Origin: Vicugna vicugna
Taxonomy: Eukaryota
Direction of reading: 5' to 3'
Length of the DNA: 64,000 nucleotides
Assembly: GCA_013265495.1 (NCBI GenBank)
Contig: MU058452.1
Location: 1 to 64,000, forward strand
The notes under the pieces are model-generated. The model was not told the DNA's origin and did not search any database. It saw only the letters and a list, made by a program, of their open reading frames with translations. How positions within the stretch are numbered: position 1 is the stretch's first letter; each line of letters opens with the position of its first letter. The position numbers and the translations under genes were made by a program. This document shows positions 12,255-25,449 of the stretch, in pieces.

Positions 12255-15200
12255 CTTTGAAAAGATTCGGTTCTGTCTTCCCTCTTACGTGAGTTCCTTC
12301 ACACACCTGTGCAGCAGCCTCACGGTGTGAAGAGTAAGCTGAGACAGCAGAAAGAAGAAATGACCCTCCGCTCGCTAAGGTACCCATTTTCTTACTGAAG
12401 TTACAAATTCCTGATCTGTGATCACACCTGGTAAGTGATTTTATTACTATCCAGCCATCAGCTTGAATTCCTCTCTTGGGAAAATGCTGCGATGATAAAG
12501 CATCAGCAGACACCAGGGGGAGGTTCTGTTTAAGGCATTACGGGACAGGTATATGACACATACTCCGTCATTTGCTGAATGAAAACACAAATAAATCAGC
12601 GATATCCTCTTGAATTCATGTATTTCACTATTTACCACCACTGCTCTCTTGTTCATCACCATCTCCATCGTGAAAAGAAAATTAGGAGGAAAATCACTTT
12701 CTGCACATACTCCTCTCCCTTAGCCATCGTGTTACGTTTCACTTTTCTTTGCAATCTGGGGGTCCTTTTGTCCTCAAGAAACTTAGGAGGCAAAGAAGAG
12801 CAGAAATCACTCTCCACTGTCTAGATGAAGGAACGAGGCTCAGAGAAGGGCTTTTAGGTGATGGCGTGGGACTGAACCAAGCCTTTTCAGTCCCAGGGCA
12901 GGGGTGGTCCTCACTGCATGGGGACATCACCGTTGGCACCGAGGTGAACAAAGGGTTACATGCCGGGAGCAGCTGTCTGCTAGGCACTGACCGGGGATAA
13001 TGGGAAGGAATCAGCTGTTAGGGCTGTGAGACCTCCCCAGGGAACCCCCCCCCTCTCTGTTGGCCCTGCAATAAAAAACTTGGAACACCTGTGGAGTCCC
13101 ACCTCACCGGCAACCAGTGCACCTGTCGGCCACTGTCTTTCCACACTCAGATCTGGGTAGAAAACCAGACCAGAGAGCAGGTGGAGCCTGTCCTGGGACC
13201 ACCTGCCTGTATGGCCCCTGTTTCCTCCTTCTTTGCAGTGTTACTACTTTTCTTGCCCGGGATCTGATAATTCCCTTCTCTGCATCTCTGCATCTTGAAA
13301 TTGAGGTTACTAAGGTAAAGCCCGGACCACGTCTGTGATGCAAGCTTGGAAACAGTCTGGCCTGCCTCATTAGAACTCACGTGTCATTGAACTTCATCCC
13401 ACTGGTGCTGGGCCTGGCATGCAGAGGGCAACTTAACACGTATTTGTAGCATGAATGAATATTGTCCAGGAGACAGAACCAGGTCACTGGTGGACATTTA
13501 ATATTCAAAAAAATATATTGTGTGCTTCCCCTTTGGTGGGCATGGCGCAATGTATTGGGGATGTACTGGGGAAAGGAACTGATCCATTTCCTGCCCTTAA
13601 AAGATCTCAGTAGGGAATACAGACAATTTAGCAAGTGGTTGCCATGTATGTGATGGAATGGGATCCAATAGGAAAAACACTTATGACCTTTAGGCTCTGT
13701 GTTGTACGGAATCACAGGACATCTTGGCGCCCTCGGGCCCAGCTGACACTGCAATCTGAATTCTTCTCTTCAAGAATTCACTGTCTTTTTCTGCTTCCTG
13801 CTCTAGCTAGCTCTTTCCTGGCCTTATTTGGCCCTAGGTGTGGACCTTACTTGCCTCCTGGTGGAATTTTGATCCTATGGCATTACACCAGCATCAGTGG
13901 GTCACTACCCCAGCCAACCTGTCCATAAATTAAAGCTATGACTCTAAACTTGGACAGCCAAGGAAGCAACAGCAGGCCTTCCTCTTCAGGAAACCACCAG
14001 CCACTCCGAGGAAGAAACCTGGATAGATTTGCCTTCTGTCCTGAGTCTTCTGGAACAGGAGATGTGAGTGAGATCTAGGGGCCAATGAAAAGGGTCCTTA
14101 AATGGAGAATTCCAAAGGCCAATAAAAACTGTTGGGTGCAGAAGCACCGCAGGGTGTGGTTGTTCATAATTGTTCTTTTTCTCAGTGTTGGCAGGGAAAA
14201 AAGAATGGCATAAAAGATGCTAATTAATCTAGGTGTTTGGCAAAAGGGAAATGTTACAGAGCATTTTTCTTTTCCTAAGTAACATCTCACTCTTTGGAGA
14301 TGATTGAGTTATAGAAACATCTAGGGGTGCTTTTTGGCATTAATAAGAAGTTCAGCTCTTAATGAAAGGTTAATTTACTTGGGATGAAACCAGAGCTATT
14401 CGACTTCCTATCACTCTCTCCAGAAAACCCAGCAGCCTGGGCTCCTCCAGGCAGAGCCATTTACATTTTTTATCTCCCAATAGTCAATTCTGAAATTCCA
14501 GTGGTCATGTTCAGACACAACCTACCAGAAGAGTTCTTTCATTCAGAAACATCTTAATTTTCAATGACATTTCAAATCTCCAAATCTGAGCTATGGAGAA
14601 TTCTCTATTTTGACATGTTCATTCTGGTTGAGTAAATTGAATGTTTAAGAAACCAGTTCAAAAGTTTAAAACTATATGTGTGTCTTTTTTTTTTTTTTCC
14701 ATTGATGTTTTTCTGTCTGGGCAAGGAGAAATCTTTCTTTCATTGCCCTTTCTGGCATATGAACTTCTAATTTCTATTTTTAGTGTTTGCAAACTATGAC
14801 AGACAAATGTGTCTTCTGCTGAGTCTCAGTTGGAAATGCAATTTCTGAGAACTTTGGGAACACTGGTAAGGATTCCCTGCAAGGTGCACACGAAAGGGGG
14901 CTGAGAGCTTTGCAAATACTCCTCTGGGGAGGTGAATTGAATGGTGGGAAAGGCCTCACTTGGGAAGCAGAGGGAACCTGTGTTTAGAACCCAACTATCC
15001 ACATATTAATTGTGCGATGAACGTCTCCACCGGACAGGGGGTTGTTGTATGGCATTCCTGCTTGTTGTGTGAAAGTTAGAATCTGTGAAGGGTTTAGCAC
15101 AGTGCCTGGCCCATCTTTCGGGGTGGATACACAGAAGTGATTATTGTTTCCGCCCTCTGTTGGCAAACTGGTCTGGGATCCACTTGACTTGATTCTCCTG

Positions 15201-15523
15201 GGGTTACTCTCATTTCTCTGTAGGGGAATGAGGTACCCCATGCAGATCCATCCTTTAAGTAAGTGTTTGCTCAATGCTGACTGGTCCGTAGTACTGGGTC
15301 ACAGTGTGAAATGTACTTTTCATGTGGAAAGTCAAGTGCTACCTAGAATTCTCAACAGTGGAAGGTAAAAAACAAAACAAAGCAAACAAAAAAAACCCAC
15401 AAAAAACAGAAAACTACTTAGAAAACAAGATCTCACAGGTAACAGAATACTACAAACCAAAGATACATTCTTTTGTTCAGTAAATCTTTAATTATGTAAC
15501 ATGTGTTGGACCCTATGGGAGAT

Positions 15524-15567
<44 letters not shown>
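15524..15567. repeat. (GATA)n microsatellite, about 11 units
   Basis: Perfect tetranucleotide run. Confidence 0.97.
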
Positions 15568-17261
15568 TTGCTTTAAAACTTATAGTCACCACTAATACTT
15601 TTAATTTTCTTCTCTATAACTGAAGTCACCTCATTTCTTCTCAGTATCTAGAAGGAAGTATGATGGTTAAATTTTAAAACCAATTCAGTGTCCTAAAGGT
15701 AATGGAGTCATTCCTGCTTTGCTCAGTTATCTCTAGTTCATTCCACCTGTGTGCGGGGAGTCCTGGGGCCATTGTCCGCATACCTGGGAAGGAACTTGGG
15801 TTCTCACAGATCACACTGAAGTCTTGCTCCACCTCGTCATTGAGTGAAGACCTCTGCCCTTATCACACATGTTGTAGAAGTGACTCTGGCTGAGGCCGAG
15901 AAGCCTCTTTCAGCACTGCTAATGCAGAGTCAGACTCTATTCTCCCTGGCCCCAAGGGCTGGGTGGGAGGCTATTTAGTCCCCAGTTTGGAAGGCCCAAG
16001 TTCTATTTTGTCCAGCATGTAGGAGACATTTGATGCCACTAATAAAAGTGGAGAGAGACTAATGGATTTGAGACGCCCATCGGGTACCTAAGTGAAATGC
16101 CTACCGGCCTTTTGAAATGTGGGCCCGAAGTTCCAGAGAAAAGCTAGATGGGAGAGCTGAGCCTTTGGGAAGACTGTTCAGTGGTGGTACCTGAAGCTGG
16201 AAGACCAGGAGGGATCACCAGTGGAGTGTCAGAGGGTGGACGGCTGGGGTGATGATCTGTCAGGCACCCCAGTGGAGGGACTGGTCTCCCATCTGTAGGT
16301 CCAGCCCCTCTGTCCCCACCCAAGTGTGGCATTCCATCCCCTTCAAGAGGAATGGGAGTGACGTCCTATGCTTGTGCCTTTCTGCATCGTGATGTTTTCA
16401 GTGGGATGGTGTCCTGGGGTTCCAGTAATTGATTCCCATTCTGGCCTATTCATGCCTGTTGTTCTTCCCCCTAGGGGGCAGAAGGTGGCTGGAAAAGTGC
16501 TCAGCTGTGCCCTGGGAACCTGAGTGGCCGTGGTGACTGAGCAGCATGGCGTCTACAGGGCCTGGAAGCAAACCTGAGTCTTGTATTTAATGAGGCTTCT
16601 GAGTCAGTCATAGATGAAACAGTTCAAGCTCAACATTCAAGACCATACAAGACAAGATGGTAGAGGAGGAGCAAAGTGCAAACCCCAGAGGGCTGTGACC
16701 ACGGAAGCTGATGTGCAGCTGAGAGGCCGATGGTGGGGAGGAGGGTTGTGTTGTGAGCTCTGTGGAGGAGGCCCTTTATATGCTGCCTGGAGTCATTCAA
16801 CTTGGAGTCACTTAAGTCCTGGCCTAACCCTTAATCCAATCCCCTAATTCCTTGACTCCACCAAATCTGAGTCTCCTACAGGAACCAAGACCAAGAAACT
16901 CCAGTCCCTATGAAGATTTTTTTTTAATCTTTAATTTTTAGATCTTTCTGGCAATTACTATCTGTCAGTTTAGACCTTGACTTTGATCTGTTCTACCTCC
17001 CCAGACACCCACCAACCCCTGCTTGGTTTCATCCACTGGATTCCCATTGTCAATGCCTTGCCTAGGTCTAGTCTCTTGTTTCTGGAACTTTCTTTGGGAT
17101 GACTTCCCTAGCATTGGGGTACATCTCATCTTCTGGTGCTTGTTAAATGAATTTAGAGTCACTCTTCTGCTTGATGTTTGGAGGTCCTGTTGGTTCAGCA
17201 CACCGAACTTTTCAGGAAACTGCCACGTGTGCCCATGATCTCTCAAACGGCTTTCACCGTA

Positions 17262-17408
17262 GGCTTGTAATTCTTATTTTGCAGGTCACACAGATAGGCT
17301 CAGAGAGATTCAGAAGTTTGCCCAAGGTCATACCACTCGGAAGTGCGTGGACAGGCATCAGGATTTACTGTCAGATTGGTTTGGTTCCAAAGCTCACTGT
17401 CTTCCCAT
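17262..17408 (-). mobile_element. MIR SINE
   Basis: aggctcagagagattcagaagtttgcccaaggtcatac...tccaaagctcactgtctt. Confidence 0.75.
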
Positions 17409-18559
17409 GACTGCAGGTGGCTTCCAAGAAGGCGTGAGGAAGTTAGAAAGGTGAATAAGATGATGTTCAAGAAGAGTCAGCTAGGCGTTTCAGACCTTTA
17501 CAGTTTGTGAGTGATTAACCTCGGAGGGGTGGGCTTCTAAATGGGTGGAGTGGAGACAAAGGTCCCAAGTGTGCAGGAGGTTGAGGGGTGCTCCAGTCAA
17601 GGTTTCAGAGGAGATGCCAGCATGACACTCATCATAATGACCTCACTGTGTGCTTCGAGATGGAAAAGCAAGGCAGAAACGTCACGTTCCCTTTGGAAAT
17701 GGGTGTTATGAAGGACCCCATCTTGGAATGATGACTGCCAAATTCACCTGGCCTCCAGACAGGGTCTTGTTATTTCTAGGACCTCAAGACACACACGCAG
17801 TGTATGTTTGTGGCAAATCTGCCCACTGCCAGTAATCTTGACCTCAACCTCCAGGAAGTATAAACTCAACATTTGTGAGAAAAGCACAGATGTTGCCTCT
17901 CTGGTTGGCTATGAATAGAAATGGCTCCACTTTGCTAGATGTGCCCGATGTAAAGCGTCTTTATCCAAACTATAGTTTCCTCGCCCCCACCCCCCAAGTA
18001 TATGCAGAATAGCTCACATTCTTCCCTTTCCTTTTAGAAGGCGGATTAGTACCACCTGTCTCAGCTCACATTCATGGGATTCAGCAGGAAAAACAGTATT
18101 AGGAGAGGAAAGCTCCTTTGAATGCAGTATTTTAGGATTATTTCTTTGGTTGCTAAACTGCTACCTTTGTATTCAAAGGTGATGAGACATTTTCTGGCTG
18201 AGAGACAGACATCTCAGAAAGGTGTCGAGTTAAAAGAGGGCTGATGAAAAGATCTGAACCAAAGCCCTCACAGGAGGGTGAGCAATGGGTTGCCGGTGGT
18301 GCTTACATCTTCTTCTTACTGTTACAGTTGAGGGAAGGATTGTGGTCATCACCTGGCTGCCCCATCCCACCCCTTCTTCTGTAGAAGGTATTAACCTGGG
18401 CTCTGATTCCAGCTGGATCTCTGCCATGCAGCCCAGCCTGCTCAGTGGCTTGCTCTGTATAGGGTAAGGGCAGGGGGCAGTTACAGTGCCTCAAGGTTCA
18501 AGGGGCTGCCTGTGAGCAAGAAGCCTGCTCTTGGATTTGGCACACAACAGGATGGCATC

Positions 18560-18712
18560 GTGGGCTGGGCATTTAACCTTTCACTGTCTGCATCTTTCCC
18601 TTTTCTCAAATGGAGATGATGGAAATCTCTCACAAGAGCATTGGAAAGATTAATGAGTTAATGTTTTCTGAAGTGCTTTGAGATTCTCAGATGAAAGGTG
18701 CTACATAATAAT
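18560..18712 (+). mobile_element. Ancient MIR-type SINE with an amniote-type (MIR1_Amn-like) tail
   Basis: aaatggagatgat...aagattaatgagttaatgttttctgaagtgctttgagattctcagatgaaaggtgctac. Confidence 0.6.
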
Positions 18713-18930
18713 TATAATAACACTTTGTTCTAACATAGTGCCTCTTTTCCAGGGAGCTCAAACTGCTTTACAAAAATTATTTCATTAATCCTCCCAGCAT
18801 CCCTCTATGGCAGGTAGCAATTATTATCCCCTTCTCTCATACCAGGAATCTGGGAAGCAGAGAAATAAATTGATCTAGCCAAGGTCACACAGTGGGTTTT
18901 GGGTCAAACCATCAGCTGAATTCAGATCTC
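18713..18930 (-). mobile_element. Ancient MIR-type SINE (MIR1_Amn-like), inverted relative to the previous one
   Basis: atagtgcctcttttccagggagctcaaactgctttacaaaaattatttcattaatcctcccagcatccct...ttattatcccc...gccaaggtcacacag. Confidence 0.6.
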
Positions 18931-19550
18931 ATTCACTCATTCATTCATTTGCTCATTCACCCATTCATTAAATATTTACCACATATATGCCAGACGCTTA
19001 AACTATTTGATGGGGCTGACATAATGTAAAGTTAAATAAAAATATGTTCTTTGCCAATTGAAAAGATTTGGTTAGTCCACTTGGACAGGTACCTAAATAA
19101 TTATAATAAAATGTAGGAAACATATCATATGATGCAGTAGTATCAACAAACAGGCATCCAGAGTAGGCATCACAAAAAAAAACAAGGAACTTTGGCTTGA
19201 CCAAAGAGAGATGCCATATGAGCGAGTTTTGAGTGATGAGCTGACCGGTGGAGAAAACCAAGTTGAAGAAACATGTGTCAGATAAGAGAATGAAAGAGCT
19301 TGATAAATCTGGGGAGTGAGACCCACTTAGCATGATGGGAGTAAAGGGTATTTTGGACAGAGGAATGGGCTAAGAAATTTGAACTTTGTGCACAAGGCAA
19401 ATGAGAAGCTTTGGAGGTGGTTCAAGGAGAAAGGGCAAGGTCAGCTTTATCCTGAGAAAATTAGCTCTGATGGGTGACTATTACAAGGTTTGGGTGTGAA
19501 AGGGATCTGAGTCCAGAGACCAGGAAAACAGCTGACTCAAAGTCCAGATC
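18931..19550 (-). mobile_element. L2 LINE 3' fragment
   Basis: (attc)n-like L2 tail followed by purine-rich L2 antisense sequence. Confidence 0.65.
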
Positions 19551-20422
19551 AGTTGCTAGATCCATTCTCAATGGTTTTACTAGATAGGGCTTCACTGTTC
19601 TTTTGAAATTGTGCACATGGTACTTCAAGAAAACAGCTATAATAATGCTTTTTCATGGCTAGGATGTTTTCTCATTTCAAGAAGCCGACAAACGTCTTTT
19701 AGAAAAAAAACAAATCATCTAGAATGCAGCTTTTCAATGATGGTACAGTGAGTGACTGTCACTCTTCGGCTCTGAAATCCATCAGGCAAAATTGTTAAGT
19801 CTACATCAATTACTTATTATAATAGAAAGAAAGCCTTTGTTATGCTATTTGTTAAATATCTCTCCAAATTAGATACAAGAGAATGATCGTCAATGCAAAA
19901 GAGTGTTCATTTTTGTTTCACATGATAAACTATTCTGTGATTAGATGTATTTATTTTTATTTTTACCCATCATTATAACTATATAGTCAATGTAAGAATA
20001 ATTTCCTGATCACTTGTATTTTTTTTCCCCTAGTCAAAATCTCTTTTAAGTGTCTAACAATAAAAATAGTAAAACCACTTTGCCTCTTTTAGAAGCTCTT
20101 GAAATGTTTTCAGGGATGCATAGATGCAGATCCACAAGCCACCTGTGAGATGGAGAAGGCAGCCCACTTGGTAACACAGCTACTCTCTACCAGGTCTCTT
20201 TATTGTCACTATTCATGGATAATAGTGAGCTGGGAAAAGTAAAAATTCCCATTATTCTACAAAATTAAAATCCTGACACATTGCTGGTGAAGCTATTCTG
20301 TATCTTGTGGGCCAGCATTAAATGCTTCTAGAGTAGCTGGAAATTAGCTCATTTAGAATTAATATATTTCTCGAGCAACACTTGTTTCATAGTGAAGACA
20401 TCATATTTGTCCTTAAGTTTAA

Positions 20423-20819
20423 TGTGTATGCAGTTAGAGTAGGCACATTTCTGCTGCAGTAACAAACATCCCTAAGTATCAGCAACTCTTACAACAGAGG
20501 TTTGATCCTGGCTCACGTAAAGTTCTTTGCAAAGTTCTAGGTGACTCTCCAGATATTACCTTCCAGGTGATGGCTTTGAGTTCTCCCTTCCTGTTAACAT
20601 GCCCTTCAGCAATTACCAAAAGAGAAGCACAGGAGAATTCAACGTCTCGCAATTAAACACTTTCACTGAGAAGTTCCACTCTTCACCTCATCTCAGATTT
20701 CTTCGGCCAAAGCAAGTCACATGGTCATGCCTAATTTTAAAGCAACAAGAAATGACAATTCTTCCATGTGCCCAGAAGAAGGGAACTAAATATCAGTGAC
20801 CAGTATAACATTTGCCACA
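20423..20819 (-). mobile_element. MLT1K/L-like MaLR LTR
   Basis: tgctgcagtaacaaacatccc...ggccaaagcaagtcacatggtcatgcctaa...ccatgtgcccagaaga...tgccaca. Confidence 0.7.
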
Positions 20820-21037
20820 GGCTTTTCTGATGATCTTTGAAAATTAATGTGCTGTTCTTTGAAAAAAATCACACATTTCTATTTAATGAACTTGTATTTA
20901 ATATTTGGAAACCAAGTCATTTATTATCTGTGTTATTCTTGGAATCCTACGGGTATTATTAATTCTACTAATTAAGTATGGCCTATAACAAAAAACTATT
21001 TATTGGTTAGTATCTCTCTCCTGGTGTGAAAATTTTT

Positions 21038-21865
21038 TTTTAACTTTTTTTTTACATTTTTTATTGATTCATAATCATTTTACAGTGTTGTGTCAAATTC
21101 CAGTGTTCAGCACAATTTTTCAGTCATTCATGGACATATACACACTCATTGTCACATTTTTTTCTCTGTGATTTATCATAACATTTTGTGTATATTTCCC
21201 TGTGCTATACAGTGTAATCTTGTTTATCTATTCTACAATTTTGAAATCCCAGTCTATCCCTTCCCACCCTCTACCCCCCCCCAGTAAACACAAGTCTGTA
21301 TTCTCTGTCCATGAGTCTATTTCTGTCCTGTATTTATGCTTTGTTTGTGTTTGTTTGTTTGTTTTTGTTTTTGTTTTTTAGATTCCACATATGAGCTATC
21401 TCATATGGTATTTTTCTTTCTCTTTCTGGCTTACTTCACTTAGAATGACATTCTCTAGGAGCATCCATGTTGCTGCAAATGGTATTATGTTGTCGGTTTT
21501 TATGGCTGAGTAGTATTCCATTGTATAAATATACCACATCTTCTTTATCCAGTCACCTGTTGATGGACATTTAGGCTGTTTCCATGTCTTGGCTATTGTA
21601 AATAGTGCTGCTATGAACATTGGGGTGCAGGTGTCATCCTGAAGTAGGGTTCCTTCTGGATACAAGCCCAGGAGTGGGATTCCTGGGTCATATGGTAAGT
21701 CTATTCCTAGTCTTTTGAGGAATCTCCACACTGTTTTCCATAGTGGCTGCACCAAACTGCATTCCCACCAGCAGTGTAGGAGGGTTCCCCTTTCTCCACA
21801 GCCTCTCCAGCATTTGTCATTTGTGGATTCTTGAATGATGGCCATTCTGACTGGTGTGAGGTGAT
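21038..21865 (-). mobile_element. Young 5'-truncated LINE-1 (ORF2 C-terminus, 3' UTR, polyA)
   Basis: ORF 21396-21845 encodes [18 protein letters not shown] (ORF2 cysteine-rich motif); TSD ctggt(g/a)tgaaaattttt at 21021-21037 and 21866-21882; TT/AAAA endonuclease site. Confidence 0.97.
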
Positions 21866-23272
21866 CTGGTATGAAAATTTTTAAGGGTAGGGACTAGGTC
21901 TGATTCTTTTCTTCTGTATCCCCACAACCTAAAAGTTTGGCTGGCACAAATCAGGCACTAAATATCTTCTCATATATTGTGACATGAACAATTTGTACTT
22001 TTTATACACCTGGAAGAAGGCAGAAAACAGGTAAGTTGAATTTATTTTTCTTTAAGTAGAAAAAAAAATTTGTATTTTTTTCCTAGTAGGAAGTATTTAA
22101 TTTCTATAGTTGAACTTAATGTGTTTTCTAATTATATATTAAAGAAAGCTGAAGTGTCCAAGAAAACAAAATGACTTTCTGAAGTCATTTTTGAATTTCT
22201 GTTGAAATGGGGTGCAATTCATTGGTGTTTGACACAGTGAGCAGGTTACACAGACATTCTACTTTGTAAATGAACTCAGGTCATGAATTAAAGGAAACTT
22301 TACACTTCATATAGAGAAGCTTATTCTCATTCATTGTAATTTAGAAATTATTAGTAAAACTGTCTTTTGGTAAGTGTTTTCTATGTTTGTTCAATTCACC
22401 TTTAGGTGTCTGAAGTCCATGAAAATACTAAGCTATAATAAAAATTCTTAAGGTTTAACTCACCGATTTTCTCCTTGAATTTTATTCCCATAATTCAAGT
22501 AATTTCTTCTAGTATATTTAAAATACATCTTCCTCCTCCTTGGCAAGAATATGCTTTGAAGGGTTTCAGCATGTCTACCCTTACCACCTGCAATCTTTAT
22601 TTGGGTTTATAATCTTCCCTCATGTACCCCTCGACTCTGGTCACCCACTGGTGTCTTTGAACTATTTTGATATAGAGGCACTAAATCCCACAGTTAAGTG
22701 ATGTGGGTTAGGTTCTTTACAGTACAAATAAAATCATTTTTTACCCCACGGTGTTAGAACATCAACATCTTCAGTTCTTTGGATCCACCTACAGTTGCAT
22801 CTTTGATGGTGTGCTGCTGATATTGTGCTGGTAAGAAGGAAGTTCTGGAGCTTGTTTAATAAGCACAGCCATATTTTATGATGGGTTATGTTATGTTTAT
22901 CATCATGCACATCTCTTACATTCTCCCTTTTATATTCTCTGTGCTGTTTCAGAGGTTCTGATTGTCAACATTGTTTAGATACCCCAGTCATTTTTAATAG
23001 CTATCTACATTGTATTTAGTTAAGCCACAACATTTGAGCTGGCTTGCATCTAACTTTTAGTTGGTGATCTTTCCCACTTAAAGTCTGGATACATTTACAT
23101 AACGTAATGGAAATTGTTTACGTTGGTGTCTTAATTAGGTACTGGCTAAAGGTTGCCCTCTTTTTCTTCCTTTTAATTCCCAAACTTTGAGAATTCTGAC
23201 TCCCAGTGCTCATCTCCCAAACTATCAATCCCAAGAAGGTGATTTTCATGTAATAATTTCCTGCTCTTTTGG

Positions 23273-23434
23273 TGCTTCTATTATTTCTTTGTCCTTACTG
23301 GTGGTTACACCAGCTCCCAGTTTAATATCATTTGCACATTTCATTAATATGTGGCTTACTCCCTCTTCGAGATCCTTAATAAAGATGTTAAATTAGATTG
23401 TATCTGACATTGACCCCTGGGGCACTGCAATGCT
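23273..23434 (-). mobile_element. CR1/L3-clade LINE reverse-transcriptase relic
   Basis: Minus-strand translation SIAVPQGSMSDTI*FNIFIKDLEEGVSHILMKCANDIKLGAGV aligns without gaps to the CR1 RT motif [21 protein letters not shown]...KFADDTKLGG. Confidence 0.8.
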
Positions 23435-24339
23435 TTAACGATACCCCGTTTTCCTGTCTGCATTCTATAGAGTTCCTGCCGAATGCACGAGGCACAGCTT
23501 CAGCCTGGGATAAATCTTCAATTTTAATTCTAAAGCAGAAGTCAAGTCATGTGGTTTGGGATAACTTGACATTGCCAGAACATACTTGTAGCTGCTAGGA
23601 AGTCATATTTTAGCAATTAAGTCCAGGTTTGCCAGAATTATATGTCAGATTGCCAATCTGCTGACAATTACAAGAGATAGTCTCTCTATCCTGCTTAATG
23701 CATTTCAGTCAAACTGAGAAGGGTCTTGTTTTTTAAATGAAACTCGGCTTTTTTATTTCAAAGCTAGCAATCACCTTTCACCAGCTTTTAAACAGCATGC
23801 CTCTTCTGTGTTTCAAAGCAGATTTATGAAAGAAATGGTCGTACCAATCCACCAATATAGACAGGCTTCAGGGAAACGTACCAGGTGCCCCACTGAGAAT
23901 CCGGACATGAAATCAACTTTCAAATTTCAAGAATTTACAAAAAGTTCTTCTTCCAAATTGGAAACATTTATTTTTTTTTAAATAGAGAAGTTATAATGCC
24001 ATATGATGTTTCTGGCACAGAGTTTAACTCTCTTATTGCATTTGGTTTAATCAGAGAAATCTATGTATTTATATCAGATGCAAATCCCTTCAAATAAGTT
24101 GTAGAATAATATCTTAAAATGTAGACTGCATTACCAAGTAAACCAAAATTCCTACAAAATGAAACTGACTACAGTGAAATGGAATATATTCTTTAATCAC
24201 ATCATGAAGCCCTCTAAATCACTCCAAATGATCAAACGTCTTAAAAGTCTCATGTTAGACATTCTCAACAATTTCTCTCATTATGCCTTAAAGTAAACCT
24301 CTGTAGTTTTGCAAAGCTTTTTTTGTTGTTGTTGTCCTC

Positions 24340-24739
24340 TTGGGTAACCCACTTGGGCTGCCATAACAAAATACCATAGACTGGGTGGTTTGAATAACAG
24401 AAATTCGTGTCTCATTGTTCGGGAGGCTGGAGACTTTAAAATCAAGGTGCCAGGCAATTTGGTTCCTCAGTAAGAACTCACATGCTGGCTGGCACACAGC
24501 TGCCTCCTCGTTGCATCATCATCCCATGGAAGAGAGAGAAGCTTTCTGACGTCTCTTCTTATAAGGGCACTAATCCCATTATGGGGGTCGGGGAGCATCC
24601 TCATGACCTCGTCTAAACCTAATCACCTCTCAGATGTTTCATTTCCAAATACCATATGCAGGGTTAGGACAGCAACATATGAATTTTTTTTTTGGTGGGT
24701 GGGGTTGGGGAGCGCAGGGAACACACTCAGTCTATAGCA
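24340..24739 (-). mobile_element. MLT1A-like MaLR solo LTR
   Basis: gggctgccataacaaaataccatagactgggtgg...tctcttcttataagggcactaatcccatt...caacatatgaatttt...tcagtctatagca. Confidence 0.9.
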
Positions 24740-25449
24740 TATATTAAGACAATCCTTTAGACTCAAACAAAAAGAATGATAGGAAGAGCAAACATAACCA
24801 GAACTTGAAACTGGCCTTGCAAACACAAACCATGCTTTGCTTAGATCTCATCTTTATACTTCTTCAATGCTGGAAAACCTACTTACAATTATTACGTAGT
24901 ATGGAATACAGGGATTATTCTATGTGGAGTTTAGGATGTGGCTATAATGTTCTATTTAACCTGCTTTTTAGAATGAATCGTGTTCCTACTACTCCAGTGT
25001 CATTCTAGCCCTTGAGCTGACATACTTCTAAAATTACGCAAAAAAAAAAAATGCATCTGGTAAATTTCCCAGACAACCAATAGGCAGGCACACATGAGAG
25101 AGAAATCTATTGGTAACGATAAGTTTTCTCTTAGACTTTTTTGGTTCACAAACTACCTAACTTATATCTTCCTACTTGGCATTAAGATGAAATATCACCA
25201 AAAACTACGAGAAGCATGGCCTTGATTTGGATTGTGTGCAGTGGTGGACAGAAAGCACTGACGAAAATAAAAAGAACAGACTTGTCCACTCACAGACACA
25301 CATGGTGTGTGCGGACAAACGCACACACCAGCCACTTGCTGCACTTTCCTCCTTCGCCGAGGAACTCAGTCTTAAGGTCTTAGTTTCTACATTGATTCAA
25401 TGGGCTTCATCACACTTACTTTGTCTACCTTGTAGGGTGTCTATGTCAG

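Noticed and set aside
12106..12525. 135-aa ORF and an in-frame 219-nt candidate exon (12307-12525)
   Set aside because: Weak acceptor and GTGTGT donor, the ORF's 3' part is MER5A, and there is no homology I recognise.
15278..15320. ctggtccg resembling a Y RNA 5' end
   Set aside because: The similarity stops after about 8 nt and there is no matching 3' stem.
21396..21845. 149-aa ORF as a host gene
   Set aside because: It is the L1 ORF2 C-terminus in a 5'-truncated copy without a promoter. The same applies to 60089-60397 and 39038-39253.
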